A stretch of DNA of 28,310 bases from a virus (Duplodnaviria; Caudoviricetes), in IMG/VR virus record IMGVR_UViG_3300042367_000084, positions 1 through 28,310 of that record. The stretch is one strand, 5' to 3'. A program made the translations under genes and the position numbers. Below, one piece after another: positions 10,201-19,111 of the stretch. The notes beneath the pieces were generated by a model. That model saw only the letters and a program-made list of their open reading frames with translations. It was not told the origin of the DNA and made no database searches. The first letter of the stretch is position 1. Every line of letters begins with the position of its first letter.

Positions 10201-11420
10201 CTATCAAGGCCGTGGCCATAGATAGTGAAGGTAATATCATTGCGGTAGGTGATGGATATGGAGAATTAGCAGCGGACAGTTTTCAAGATCTAGCCGTGGT
10301 CTACAAGTTCAACAGCACAGGTACACTACAATGGGCTCGTCAACTCAACACTGAAAATGACCATCACTACGGAGACAGCGTGGTGACCATAGGCACAGAC
10401 ATCTATGTCGTACACGAAAACGACGAGAATGATGCTTATGTCAGCAAGTTGGACAGCACGGGCACAGTCAAATGGCAAAGACGCACTGATGGCGATGACA
10501 TAACCATTGCCCGCACACCGGACGGAAATCTATTGGTGGCCACTGAAGACGAGGTCACTGATGTCGACGACGATGTTATTAAAATATTCCTACTAACACC
10601 CGCAGGAGAAACTGTGTGGAAGCGTTGGCTGTCTGCTATTACCAACGACGACACTTGGATTGGCAGCACCGGCGAATGTTTAGTCACAGACGCCGACAGT
10701 TTCTATATCACAGGACGCTTTGAGACTGACTTTGGTGGTGGTGATAATTGGGCTTGGGCCGCTCGCTTGCCTCTAGATGGCTCGGGCACAGGCGAGTATG
10801 GACAGTTCCGCTACACAGATGTCAATTCAATGACCAACGATCTCAGCAATTTCAACTATAGTATTGATGTTGTTGATATAGACGATGCGAATAACTATGC
10901 TGGCATATTCGGCGACAGCAGTGATCCAGTGGTTAAAACTACCACCGCAGTGACTGTGATTACTAACAACATCAACGACTATGAAGTTGACGGCTACTAT
11001 CCGCCAATGATTTTAGAAACTGTGCGTGACACAGACGGTGGCAACATTGTGTTCCCCGATGGTACCCGTCAGAATACTTCAGCCACAGACATTCCACAGA
11101 GACTGTTCAATGGCGTAGATTACACCCTGGGTATGGAAGATCGTGGACATCACATTCTCTGTACTGACGATATTCAAAGCATTCGTATTCCCTACAATGC
11201 TCGTGTAGAGTTCCCAATAGGCACAGTGATTACCTTTGTGAATCCCCGTGGCGATAGTGTGATCATCAACACAGAAGGCGGCAGTATACAAGTGATGATC
11301 CCAGGTGATGATAATTACCCAGGCGGTGGCAGTTTTTATGTGTCTGAGTACGGTATGGCCACGCTGTTAAAGATTGGTATGGACTCGTGGGTGTTGGCCG
11401 GCAATGTTGGCGTAGATTAA
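7263..11420 (+). CDS. Tail fibre/spike-like protein: Mtd_N-type N-terminus, two beta-propeller regions, C-terminal fibre-tip domain
   Basis: RIKLRRD...NPVLAEGEPGLETDTGKVKYGNG N-terminus; repeated (A/V)xDSxGNxY...K(Y/F)xxxGxxxW blades; ends FPIGT...ATLLKI..DSWVLAG. Confidence 0.85.
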   Translation: MTTRIKLRRDIAANWTQNNPVLAEGEPGLETDTGKVKYGNGTTPWNSLDYSGAGAASLTDEGNVVITAGSTEHWIATQRKEQGGTTPSALRYDSQGNLYSLTRTYDDSADYDVTVITKYTATGNIAWQKTFSDTYPIALAVDSSDRAYITLGAGDPVITVIKFDIIGEILWKKDYNIGPIPAYGAYIEEKSTTTLALAIMIASDGPEPTNVLVMEISAANGSVLLKKSLQQPGDVIVVVTGMDVDPDENVFVTGWYNDAGVGKMFIEKLDEDLEPVWTKSLEAPDNYDMYGGDCASDALGNIYVVGAYEVETTNSDINNTPEASAGILTKLNSSGVVMWTRRLGPGPCGSWIAGLTATATGDVYLSSLTFAKKTGPLPGASEYERQNLGQNKMIVVRYDSQGEVVWQRYVDVANLEEEEPDDPEFTRGQAIAVFDDKFAVDGYGYSWNTTPFESGSTADNEYDYFVTQLPTEGTTLTIGGLNFTESRVPARFVTHTTSDSPLTHANWEETITAETSTLVADTDIKIANSLVQSETYQYTFGADGTLTIPNDGDLKLTQTQVGWLFALDARDGGGDIEGDCIAVDSQGNSYIAGEEDDNDRTFVMKVSPEGDRLWSMNIDETDDGDYGYTTSLKIHPVTGNIMVLGGIWDTYSYGVLYTIDQDTGRLLNVTEFKDSDADVDPTTIAYTNTGDYVIGGSKNGEFSPEYPVVPQTGSGTGTIVILRSAVPVDNISTNWQIGGTGITPFQSIEYIERYQNLTGTTRQGTGATFDITNNGDGTYSVSVVSGGTDYLAGHKIKILGTSLVGVPGATPDNDIIITVGSSNGGAINGITHTGTAAGTTVATDTEVSGTNYEVGSGLVFTFEGPRDTNDYSNRWGDNITTNGSNYVNGDVVTVLGTSLGGTSPANDLTINLYKDESNFYIDSRSGTAQSTTWKIETTAQVDFTDVEGAWSITYSRQNECLLITPTWQRTFGTGTDSDDTIKAVAIDSEGNIIAVGDGYGELAADSFQDLAVVYKFNSTGTLQWARQLNTENDHHYGDSVVTIGTDIYVVHENDENDAYVSKLDSTGTVKWQRRTDGDDITIARTPDGNLLVATEDEVTDVDDDVIKIFLLTPAGETVWKRWLSAITNDDTWIGSTGECLVTDADSFYITGRFETDFGGGDNWAWAARLPLDGSGTGEYGQFRYTDVNSMTNDLSNFNYSIDVVDIDDANNYAGIFGDSSDPVVKTTTAVTVITNNINDYEVDGYYPPMILETVRDTDGGNIVFPDGTRQNTSATDIPQRLFNGVDYTLGMEDRGHHILCTDDIQSIRIPYNARVEFPIGTVITFVNPRGDSVIINTEGGSIQVMIPGDDNYPGGGSFYVSEYGMATLLKIGMDSWVLAGNVGVD

Positions 11421-11429
11421 GGAATTACT

Positions 11430-13922
11430 ATGCCCATATCACAAATATTATTAACGGCAAACAGTGGCGGAGGTGGCGGTTCCAATATCAACTTCTACGG
11501 TTGGGTATCATCGATGAATGAAGGATCAACTAATACTGTAAATGTGGACTACGCAAACTATCCGCCAACTACCATATATTGGCAGATTGTAAATGATGGC
11601 ACATCTAACGATGACTTTGTCGCTGGTGAGCCTGGTGGCGCACAGCTCGGAAATTTCCAAATAAGTGGTACTGGTAGTACTAATTTTAGTTGGACCACCA
11701 CAGAGGATCTTACCACCGAAGGCAACGAGAATTATCTGTTACAGGTGGGTACTGTTCTTGGCGGCACCAATCTACTTAATGAGACATTGACTATTACTGA
11801 CACAAGTATAACTCCACCTACGCCAACTTATTCATTGGCTCCAGGTGGCGCCAACAACGTCAATGAAGGCAGTGGTCTACAATTTAATGTAGGAGGAACT
11901 GATGTTCCGGCGGGCACCTATTATTGGACTATAGAAACTGGCGCAGAAGATTTTGCCACAACTGATGGAGAAGTTAGTGTTAGTGCCGGCACAGGCCTTA
12001 CTCTGGGATCATTTATATTAACACCCACTGAGGATGCTACTACCGAAGGAACAGAACAATTTACAGTTGCCCTTCGCTCAGTTAGCATCACTGGTGATAT
12101 ATTAGCATCTAGTGGGGCAGACATCAATGACACAAGTCTAACACCACCACCAGAGCCAACTTATACACTAACAGCATTAGGCAGCTTGGCCAGTGCAACC
12201 AGCGTGGACGAAGGCAGCAGTGCAGCATTTGAAGTCGGCGGCACTAATATTGTCGACGGAACTTATTACTGGACCATAGAATCTAACAGTGAGGACTTTG
12301 CCACCTCGAATGGTGAATTCTCAATCACCAGTAATACGGGATCATTCTTTGTAGTGCCCACTACTGATGATACCACAGAAGGAGAACAGACATTTACAGT
12401 GTCTATTCGTTCAGTTAGCGTAACCGGTACAGTATTAGCAACCAGCGATGCATTTACTATCAATGACACAAGTCTTGATCCAGAGCCAACTTATGAAGTT
12501 ACACCAGCGGCTAATAATGTCGACGAAGGCAGTAGTTTAGAATTTACAGTTAGCGGAACTAATATTACAAATGGAACCTATTACTGGACCATACAAGATA
12601 ATATCAGTGACTTTGATACAAGCAGTGGCGAAGTCACTATCACCGACAATGCCGGATCATTTACAGTAACACCTTCTGCCGATGCCACAACAGAAGGCTC
12701 AGAGACCTTCACAGTCAGTCTTCGAGAAGGTAGTATCGCCGGAATAATATTAGCGAACAGCACATCGGTCACTATCAACGATACTAGTCTTGATCCAGAG
12801 CCACCGTTTAGTTTACAGTTTAATCAACCTCAAGGAGATTATCTATCAACACCTGCCAGCACCGACTGGAACTTGGGCACATCTTGGACCATAGAGTTCT
12901 GGTTAAACGCCAATCGTTCAGGTGATGGCAGCGCAAATATGACTGGCGGCATATGGGGCTTGTTAAATCAAGAAGGTTGGGCCGCAACTAATGCTATAAA
13001 CATAGCAATAAGTGACAGCAAATTAGTTGTTGGTCAAGGCGCTCAATATGACGATGTACGATACACTGAACCTACTCCAGCGCAATGGACACACGTGGCC
13101 ATTGTCAACGACGCAGGCACACAGAAAGTATTCTATAATGGTGTTGAGCAGACTAAAGTTTCAGGAACATTTGGCACAGCCAACTATACTAACTCTACAG
13201 ACAGTTTAGCCATAGGTAATATAAGCGGTGGCAACAACAGTTTTGATGGCAAGATGGCCATGGTTAGAATCAGTAACACGGCCAAGTATGCCGCGGCATT
13301 TACTTCCACAGTGACTTATGGTGTTGAATCAGATACTCGATTGTTCTTGGACTTGGGTTACCCGTTATCTGATACATCTTATTATGAGTTGAATAATGTA
13401 TCGGTAGTCGCTAACAATCTGACCACTATCTTTATTTCCAAGTCAGCGTATCCTAATTTAGATAAACAAGTTCGAGTAGGAAATACCGTAACAAATACTA
13501 GCGATTCTACAACTTGCATAGTCACCGCAGCAGTATTCACAGCAGATCCCGATAATTGGGGAGTAGATGTTTCACCTGGATGGGGCGGCGTGACCACAGT
13601 AAACTTCACTGGTGCTAGACATACTATCGTCAACAACGGTACAACTGTGAGTGAAGAGTTCCCGAACACATTCACTGGATTAGTACATCCTTATGGTGGC
13701 GGCACCTTTGGCACTACATACTGTCTTGTAGATGATCCTAGATTGGCTGAGGCTACGGCTATACCAGTTGGTGCTAGAATAACCAGCAACATAGCAGGCT
13801 TTGGCACTAGAACTGTAATAGGAAATCAGGTAGACTTCAGCGGTGGCAGAACCATAACATACGATAATACCGGGTTGACCGGCAATACCAGCACTTCACA
13901 TGTGTTTAACTTCTATTGGTAA
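11430..13922 (+). CDS. Adhesin-like virion protein with four Calx-beta/Ig-like repeats and a LamG (concanavalin A-like) domain
   Basis: AAGGA SD; four ~105-110-aa repeats (V.EG...YYWTI...DF...D.TTEG.E.F...INDTS); WTIEFW...WTHVAIV...FYNGV...FDGKMAMVRIS LamG signature. Confidence 0.85.
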   Translation: MPISQILLTANSGGGGGSNINFYGWVSSMNEGSTNTVNVDYANYPPTTIYWQIVNDGTSNDDFVAGEPGGAQLGNFQISGTGSTNFSWTTTEDLTTEGNENYLLQVGTVLGGTNLLNETLTITDTSITPPTPTYSLAPGGANNVNEGSGLQFNVGGTDVPAGTYYWTIETGAEDFATTDGEVSVSAGTGLTLGSFILTPTEDATTEGTEQFTVALRSVSITGDILASSGADINDTSLTPPPEPTYTLTALGSLASATSVDEGSSAAFEVGGTNIVDGTYYWTIESNSEDFATSNGEFSITSNTGSFFVVPTTDDTTEGEQTFTVSIRSVSVTGTVLATSDAFTINDTSLDPEPTYEVTPAANNVDEGSSLEFTVSGTNITNGTYYWTIQDNISDFDTSSGEVTITDNAGSFTVTPSADATTEGSETFTVSLREGSIAGIILANSTSVTINDTSLDPEPPFSLQFNQPQGDYLSTPASTDWNLGTSWTIEFWLNANRSGDGSANMTGGIWGLLNQEGWAATNAINIAISDSKLVVGQGAQYDDVRYTEPTPAQWTHVAIVNDAGTQKVFYNGVEQTKVSGTFGTANYTNSTDSLAIGNISGGNNSFDGKMAMVRISNTAKYAAAFTSTVTYGVESDTRLFLDLGYPLSDTSYYELNNVSVVANNLTTIFISKSAYPNLDKQVRVGNTVTNTSDSTTCIVTAAVFTADPDNWGVDVSPGWGGVTTVNFTGARHTIVNNGTTVSEEFPNTFTGLVHPYGGGTFGTTYCLVDDPRLAEATAIPVGARITSNIAGFGTRTVIGNQVDFSGGRTITYDNTGLTGNTSTSHVFNFYW
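11511..12788 (+). repeat. Four tandem ~320-nt domain repeats within the adhesin gene
   Basis: Recurring nucleotide blocks tattactggaccatag, atcaatgacacaagtct and ccagagccaacttat. Confidence 0.85.
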
Positions 13923-13925
13923 TTG

Positions 13926-14357
13926 ATGTTTGAACAACATAGGCTGGCAGTTGACGCAGGGTTGGCAGAACTGATACAACATCAGCGTGGTTTGGACTAT
14001 AGACGCAGGTACGGAGCAGGCTGGCAGAGTATAGGGTATACTGGTCAGCCTTTTCCATGGTTTGAATCAACCTATAGGGCAGTAGAAGCACAAGTAGGTA
14101 CTATAGACACATGGTGGTTTAATGCGAACCTACAGGGCGAAGGCACGGGTTGGCATAGTCACAGCCAGTGGGACAAGGTTGGGGTGCTGTATGTACAGGT
14201 ACCTGCGGGTCTTATAGAGTTTAAGAAGGGTGAAGCATATTGGACTGAGAGCCCGCAAGCAGGAGATCTGCTAGTATTTCCTGGTAGTTTAGAGCATAGA
14301 GTACTGCCTAACACCAGCCAGGCAGTTAGGATCAGCATAGCGTTCAATTTCAAGTAA
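13926..14357 (+). CDS. 2OG-Fe(II) oxygenase superfamily protein (TIGR02466/2OG-FeII_Oxy_5-like)
   Basis: WHSH...GVLYV...GDLLVFPGSLEHRV...RISIAFNF. The start could be TTG 13923 or ATG 13926. Confidence 0.8.
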   Translation: MFEQHRLAVDAGLAELIQHQRGLDYRRRYGAGWQSIGYTGQPFPWFESTYRAVEAQVGTIDTWWFNANLQGEGTGWHSHSQWDKVGVLYVQVPAGLIEFKKGEAYWTESPQAGDLLVFPGSLEHRVLPNTSQAVRISIAFNFK

Positions 14358-14360
14358 ATA
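14354..14360 (+). promoter_or_regulatory. Putative late promoter (GTAAATA) directly before the desaturase start
   Basis: TAAATA, then 4 nt, then ATG 14365; no SD present. Confidence 0.5.
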
Positions 14361-14364
14361 CTTG

Positions 14365-15075
14365 ATGGGAATCATACTATCAACTCTACTAATGACTCAT
14401 GTCACTATGGCATGTGTTACACTTTATCTACATCGCAGTCAAAGTCACAAGGGAATTCAATTCCATCCTGCGTTAGCACATGCCATGCGTTTTTGGTTGT
14501 GGCTCACAACGGGTATGAATACTAAAGCATGGGTAGCAGTACATCGCAAACATCATCAAACAACTGATGTAGAAGGTGACCCTCATAGTCCGCACGTATT
14601 TGGACTACTAACAGTAATGACCACTGGTATGAAGTTGTACAACACACCATGTCGATCAGCAGACTTTGTTATGAAGTATGGAGCTGGTACTCCTAAAGAT
14701 TGGATTGAACGTCGACTGTACACTCCATATCCTATACTAGGTTTGTTCATAATGCTATCTTTTGATTTACTATTATTTGGCGCCTGGGGATTACTAGTAT
14801 GGGCAGTACAAGTTGCTTGGATTCCTGTGGCGGCAGGTAGTTTAATTAACGGACTAGGACATTGGTGGGGGTATCGTAACGGTGAAACTCAAGATCGTAG
14901 TCGTAATATTAGCCCATTTGGCGTTATAGTCGCTGGAGAAGAGCTACATAACAATCATCATTTAGACCCAGCTGATCCTAAGTTTAGTCGTAAGCCTTGG
15001 GAGTTTGACATAGCTTGGATGTATATTACTATATTTAGATATCTGCGTTTGGCAAAATTAACTCAAAAACATTGA
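14365..15075 (+). CDS. Membrane fatty-acid (delta-9/DesA-like) desaturase
   Basis: Three His boxes HRSQSH, HRKHH and HNNHH; GDPHSP; INGLGHWWGYRN; WEFDIAW; hydrophobic segments. Confidence 0.92.
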   Translation: MGIILSTLLMTHVTMACVTLYLHRSQSHKGIQFHPALAHAMRFWLWLTTGMNTKAWVAVHRKHHQTTDVEGDPHSPHVFGLLTVMTTGMKLYNTPCRSADFVMKYGAGTPKDWIERRLYTPYPILGLFIMLSFDLLLFGAWGLLVWAVQVAWIPVAAGSLINGLGHWWGYRNGETQDRSRNISPFGVIVAGEELHNNHHLDPADPKFSRKPWEFDIAWMYITIFRYLRLAKLTQKH

Positions 15076-15100
15076 CTTATCCTACAATTTAGTATATAAT
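15072..15100 (+). promoter_or_regulatory. Sigma70-type promoter TTGACT-N17-TATAAT for the primase operon
   Basis: Near-consensus hexamers at 15072-15077 and 15095-15100; ATG follows after 6 nt. Confidence 0.8.
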
Positions 15101-15106
15101 AACTAT

Positions 15107-16138
15107 ATGCTGAACATCATCTCTGATTTCATTAAAAGTATTTTACCTGCAAAGCGTAAAACAACTCCCAGCGGTTGGATTAGCTTTAATGCACCTTGTT
15201 GTATACACAACGGTGACTCGGCAGATACTAGAGGTCGTGGCGGCCTAACTGCTAATGCAGATGGTAGTGTGTCGTATCACTGTTTTAACTGTAACTTCAA
15301 AGCATCGTATCAACCAGGCAGGCACTTAACATTTAAGTTTCGCAAACTATTATCCTGGATGGGCGCAGGTGATAGCGATGTTAAACGATTGGTAATTGAA
15401 GCTATTCGTATCAAAGACCTAGTAGCACCAGAACAGGTAAAAGAACCAGAAGAAAAGATTGAGTTTAAAGTTCGTAAGTTACCCAAAGATGCGTTAAGTT
15501 TCCAACAACTACTTACACATCACATATTAGATGACTTTAATAATGTTCCTACACTGCTAAATTCGGCAGTTGACTACATTAAAGCACGTAAGATTGATCA
15601 TACCAAGTATGACTTTTATTGGACTGACAGTACAGAGCACAGTCTACATCAACGTGTGATCATTCCTATGATTTGGGAAGGTAACACCATTGGGTATACA
15701 AGTCGTGCATTTACTGATGGAGTTAAACCCAAGTATTACAGTCACTATGAACCTAACTTTGTGTTTAATACCAACAATCAAAAACGCGACAGTAAGTTTG
15801 TTATTGTCTGTGAAGGTCCGTTTGATGCTATGGCCGTAGATGGTGTAGCGGTACTGGGTAATGAAGTTGCAGAACAACAAGCAGACATTATTGACGCACT
15901 GGGACGTGAAGTTATAGTAGTCGCCGACGCAGATAAGAGTGGTGTTAAACTTGTTGATGCGGCTGTTAAATATGGTTGGAGTGTTAGCTTTCCGGTTTGG
16001 CAAGAAGACGCCGACTGTAAAGACATCAGTGACGCAGTAATTAAGTATGGTAAACTGTTTGTGCTTAAAACTATCATTGATGCTAAAGAATCAAGCAAAT
16101 TAAAAATTGAATTACTACGCAAGAGACGATATGCTTAA
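15107..16138 (+). CDS. DNA primase (Zn-binding domain plus TOPRIM)
   Basis: PCC...YHCFNC zinc domain; IVCEGPFDA and DADKSG TOPRIM motifs; KDISD; helicase downstream. Confidence 0.9.
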   Translation: MLNIISDFIKSILPAKRKTTPSGWISFNAPCCIHNGDSADTRGRGGLTANADGSVSYHCFNCNFKASYQPGRHLTFKFRKLLSWMGAGDSDVKRLVIEAIRIKDLVAPEQVKEPEEKIEFKVRKLPKDALSFQQLLTHHILDDFNNVPTLLNSAVDYIKARKIDHTKYDFYWTDSTEHSLHQRVIIPMIWEGNTIGYTSRAFTDGVKPKYYSHYEPNFVFNTNNQKRDSKFVIVCEGPFDAMAVDGVAVLGNEVAEQQADIIDALGREVIVVADADKSGVKLVDAAVKYGWSVSFPVWQEDADCKDISDAVIKYGKLFVLKTIIDAKESSKLKIELLRKRRYA

Positions 16139-17039
16139 TCAAATTACCGGATTTCATATCGAACCAACAAACATGTGTACATTAAAATGTCCACGCTGCG
16201 CACGTACGAAATTTATCGAGCAATTTCCATCACAGTGGACTAATAAAAATTTAAATTTAGCAGATTTAAAACAATTCTTAGATATTGATCTGACAGATAA
16301 AGATATATCTCTTTGTGGAAACTACGGTGATCCGATATATTATCCGCAGATATTTGAGATGATTGAATATTTTAAAAGTGCTGGTGCAAATATTATACTA
16401 TCTACAAATGGCAGTTATAAATCATGGGATTGGTGGCGGCAGCTAGCTGACTTGCTAGATTATAAAGATACTGTAATATATGGAATAGATGGCATACCTG
16501 AAAATTTTACCCAATACAGAATTAATGCTGATTGGCCTTCTATTAAACTTGGTATAGATGTATTAACAAAAACTAACATTAATACAGTGTGGCAATACAT
16601 ACCTTTTTCATTTAATGAAGATACCATTGACCAAGCTCGAACATTAGCTCAAACTTTGGGCTTTGATGAATTTTTAATATTACCCAGTGATCGATGGGAC
16701 GAAAATGATACTTTACAATCGGCTAATTATACTGGGGATAGAACTACAGCGATAGTTAATTGGAAAACTAATTTAGATCGCACAAGTGAAATTGATCCTA
16801 AATGTAAAACATTAAATAATCAACATTACATATCAGCTGATGGATATTATATGCCTTGTTGTTTTGTTGGAGATCATAGATTCTACTACAAGAGTGAATT
16901 TTATAAAAACCGATCGCAATACAATATAAGTAATACTACCATTAGTAAAATACTAGCATCAAATCAATCAAAAGACTTTTATAATACTTTAGAAGATGCT
17001 AAACTTAATTATTGTACTTTTAACTGTCCAAAACTATGA
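16131..17039 (+). CDS. Radical SAM protein with a C-terminal Cys-rich (twitch/SPASM-like) domain
   Basis: CTLKCPRC (CxxxCxxC), CGNYGDP, STNGS, GIDG; C...GYYMPCC...CTFNC. ATG 16131 is preferred over TTG 16107. Confidence 0.88.
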   Translation: MLNQITGFHIEPTNMCTLKCPRCARTKFIEQFPSQWTNKNLNLADLKQFLDIDLTDKDISLCGNYGDPIYYPQIFEMIEYFKSAGANIILSTNGSYKSWDWWRQLADLLDYKDTVIYGIDGIPENFTQYRINADWPSIKLGIDVLTKTNINTVWQYIPFSFNEDTIDQARTLAQTLGFDEFLILPSDRWDENDTLQSANYTGDRTTAIVNWKTNLDRTSEIDPKCKTLNNQHYISADGYYMPCCFVGDHRFYYKSEFYKNRSQYNISNTTISKILASNQSKDFYNTLEDAKLNYCTFNCPKL

Positions 17040-18445
17040 GCAAAGAATATTCAGCAGACCTACAAAGGTTATTTTTAGAAATGATGTTACAAGACCCGCA
17101 GAGTTATGTGCGGGTGCAGAACATTTATAATCCCGAAAACTTTGATAGAAGTTTACGTGAAGCTGCTAAATTTATTAAACAGCACAGTGACGAATATAGA
17201 ACATTGCCTACTATTGATCAAGTACAGGCGGTGACTACAGTTACACTTAAAAATGTACCTGACTTAACAGAAGATCACTACAGTTGGTTTATGACAGAGT
17301 TTGAGGGCTTTACTAAACGTAATGAACTTGAACGTGCAATTCTTGCGGCAGCTGATATGTTAGAAAAGGGTGAGTATGATCCAGTTGAAAAACTAATTAA
17401 AGATGCTGTACAAATATCTCTTACTAAAGACATGGGTACAGAATACTTTGAAGACCCTAGAGCTCGTATTGACAAATACTTTAACAGTGGCGGACAGGTA
17501 AGTACTGGCTGGCCACAAATGGATAAGATACTTTACGGTGGCTTTAGTCGAGGCGAACTTAACATCTTTGCTGGTGGTTCCGGTTCGGGTAAATCTTTGG
17601 TTATGATGAACATTGCACTTAGCTGGTTGCAAGCAGGTCTGAGCGGTGTGTATGTAACATTAGAGTTGAGTGAAGAACTATGCTCGTTACGTACAGATGC
17701 TATGCTTACTGGCATGAGTACAAAAGACATTAGAAAAGATATTGAAACAACTGAACTTAAAGTTAAGATGGTGGGTAAAAAGTCTGGACAATATCGTGTT
17801 AAAGGATTCCCTGCACAGAGTAATGTCAATGACATACGTAGTTACTTAAAAGAAGTGCAGATTCAAACTGGTATTAAAGTTGACTTTGTTATGGTAGATT
17901 ATTTAGATTTAGTAATGCCCGTATCAATTAAAGTTAATCCAAATGACCAGTTTATCAAAGACAAGTATGTAGCAGAAGAACTGCGTAACTTAGCCAAAGA
18001 ACTTAATGTATTGCTGGTAACAGCTTCGCAGTTGAATCGTTCAGCAGTAGAAGAAATTGAATTTGACCATAGCCATATTGCTGGTGGTATATCTAAGATC
18101 AATACAGCAGATAACGTGTTTGGTATCTTTACAAGTCGTGCTATGAAAGAACGTGGCAGATATCAATTACAATGTATGAAGTCGCGTAGTTCAACTGGTG
18201 TAGGGCACAAAGTAGATTTAACTTATAATATTGAAACTATGCGTATCACAGACGAGGGCGAAGAAGCCGCAGGTGATGGCAATGGTGCTAGTCGCAATAT
18301 TAATAATGTCTTAAACAATATTAAATCTAGTAGTACAGTCAATAAAGACACTGGTGAAATTACAAACATGCCAAAGATTAATGCCACAGTTGACAGTAGC
18401 AAACTTAAAAGTATGCTGGCTGGCCTGAAGAATAGTGGCGAATGA
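17036..18445 (+). CDS. Replicative SF4 helicase (DnaB/T4 gp41-like)
   Basis: Walker A AGGSGSGKS, Walker B VMVDYLD, TASQLNR, KSR. Confidence 0.93.
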   Translation: MSKEYSADLQRLFLEMMLQDPQSYVRVQNIYNPENFDRSLREAAKFIKQHSDEYRTLPTIDQVQAVTTVTLKNVPDLTEDHYSWFMTEFEGFTKRNELERAILAAADMLEKGEYDPVEKLIKDAVQISLTKDMGTEYFEDPRARIDKYFNSGGQVSTGWPQMDKILYGGFSRGELNIFAGGSGSGKSLVMMNIALSWLQAGLSGVYVTLELSEELCSLRTDAMLTGMSTKDIRKDIETTELKVKMVGKKSGQYRVKGFPAQSNVNDIRSYLKEVQIQTGIKVDFVMVDYLDLVMPVSIKVNPNDQFIKDKYVAEELRNLAKELNVLLVTASQLNRSAVEEIEFDHSHIAGGISKINTADNVFGIFTSRAMKERGRYQLQCMKSRSSTGVGHKVDLTYNIETMRITDEGEEAAGDGNGASRNINNVLNNIKSSSTVNKDTGEITNMPKINATVDSSKLKSMLAGLKNSGE

Positions 18446-19077
18446 ATCTAGTTTGTTTTTCAAATAACACTGGCGGCGGCGTCCTGTGTGATTTATTAAA
18501 TAATAAAACTCCCAGTATGGATGGTTATAAATGTACTGGTGCAGAACATTCTTTATTAAAGATAACTGATAGCCCGACAATTTCACGTACTGTAGATGAA
18601 CCTTCATGGAATCGTAGACTGACTCAGCTATTATCTCGCACTAATCAGAATCGATGGATAGGAACTCATTATCATCCTAGTGCAATTTCCTTAGCGCCAT
18701 TTGAAACTGTTATTGCCATTACCACTGAATCTCGTGAAAGTAAACTATATAGATGGTTGCGATATTATAACGGATGGTTTAAGATAGCCGAATCTGGTTG
18801 GCAAGAAACATCTAACCTAGACCAAATTGACAAAGTTCGTTGCCTAGCAAAAAATGTATTTGAAACATTTGAATCACATCCACAATGCACTAATGTTGAA
18901 TTTGCTGACATAGTGTCAGGCGAATTTATTTCCAAACATAACCTAAATAAAGAACATTTTGCTATCTGGCAACAAAACAATCCGTGGCTGTATAGTGATA
19001 GTAATACTTGGGCTGTTGATAGATTTAATGAAGCTGAATACGAAATAATCAACCAAACTCCTTTCAAATATCTTTAA
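18442..19077 (+). CDS. Hypothetical protein, possibly sulfotransferase/P-loop-like fold
   Basis: ATGA overlap with the helicase. The N-terminal FSNNTGG..L..LL and GTH pattern is only weakly suggestive. Confidence 0.6.
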   Translation: MNLVCFSNNTGGGVLCDLLNNKTPSMDGYKCTGAEHSLLKITDSPTISRTVDEPSWNRRLTQLLSRTNQNRWIGTHYHPSAISLAPFETVIAITTESRESKLYRWLRYYNGWFKIAESGWQETSNLDQIDKVRCLAKNVFETFESHPQCTNVEFADIVSGEFISKHNLNKEHFAIWQQNNPWLYSDSNTWAVDRFNEAEYEIINQTPFKYL

Positions 19078-19106
19078 TAAATACATAACAACGATACATT
19101 AAGGAT
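19070..19106 (+). promoter_or_regulatory. Late promoter (TAAATA 19078-19083) within an SD-sequestering hairpin
   Basis: ATCTTTAAT (19070-78) can pair with ATTAAGGAT (19098-106), which contains the AAGGA SD of ORF 19112. Confidence 0.5.
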
Positions 19107-19111
19107 CGATT

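Noticed and set aside
1812-13922. Diversity-generating retroelement suggested by Mtd_N-type domains
   Set aside because: Mtd_N is a generic fibre N-terminal module. No reverse transcriptase and no adenine-variant TR/VR pair were seen in the window.
13926-14357. Oxygenase as a prolyl-4-hydroxylase for the collagen fibre
   Set aside because: It has an HxH-type TIGR02466-like signature rather than a P4H one, and most collagen prolines are in the X position. Adjacency alone is insufficient.
15644-18607. Minus-strand ORFs opposite the primase and helicase
   Set aside because: Antisense shadows of well-supported genes, with no recognisable motifs.
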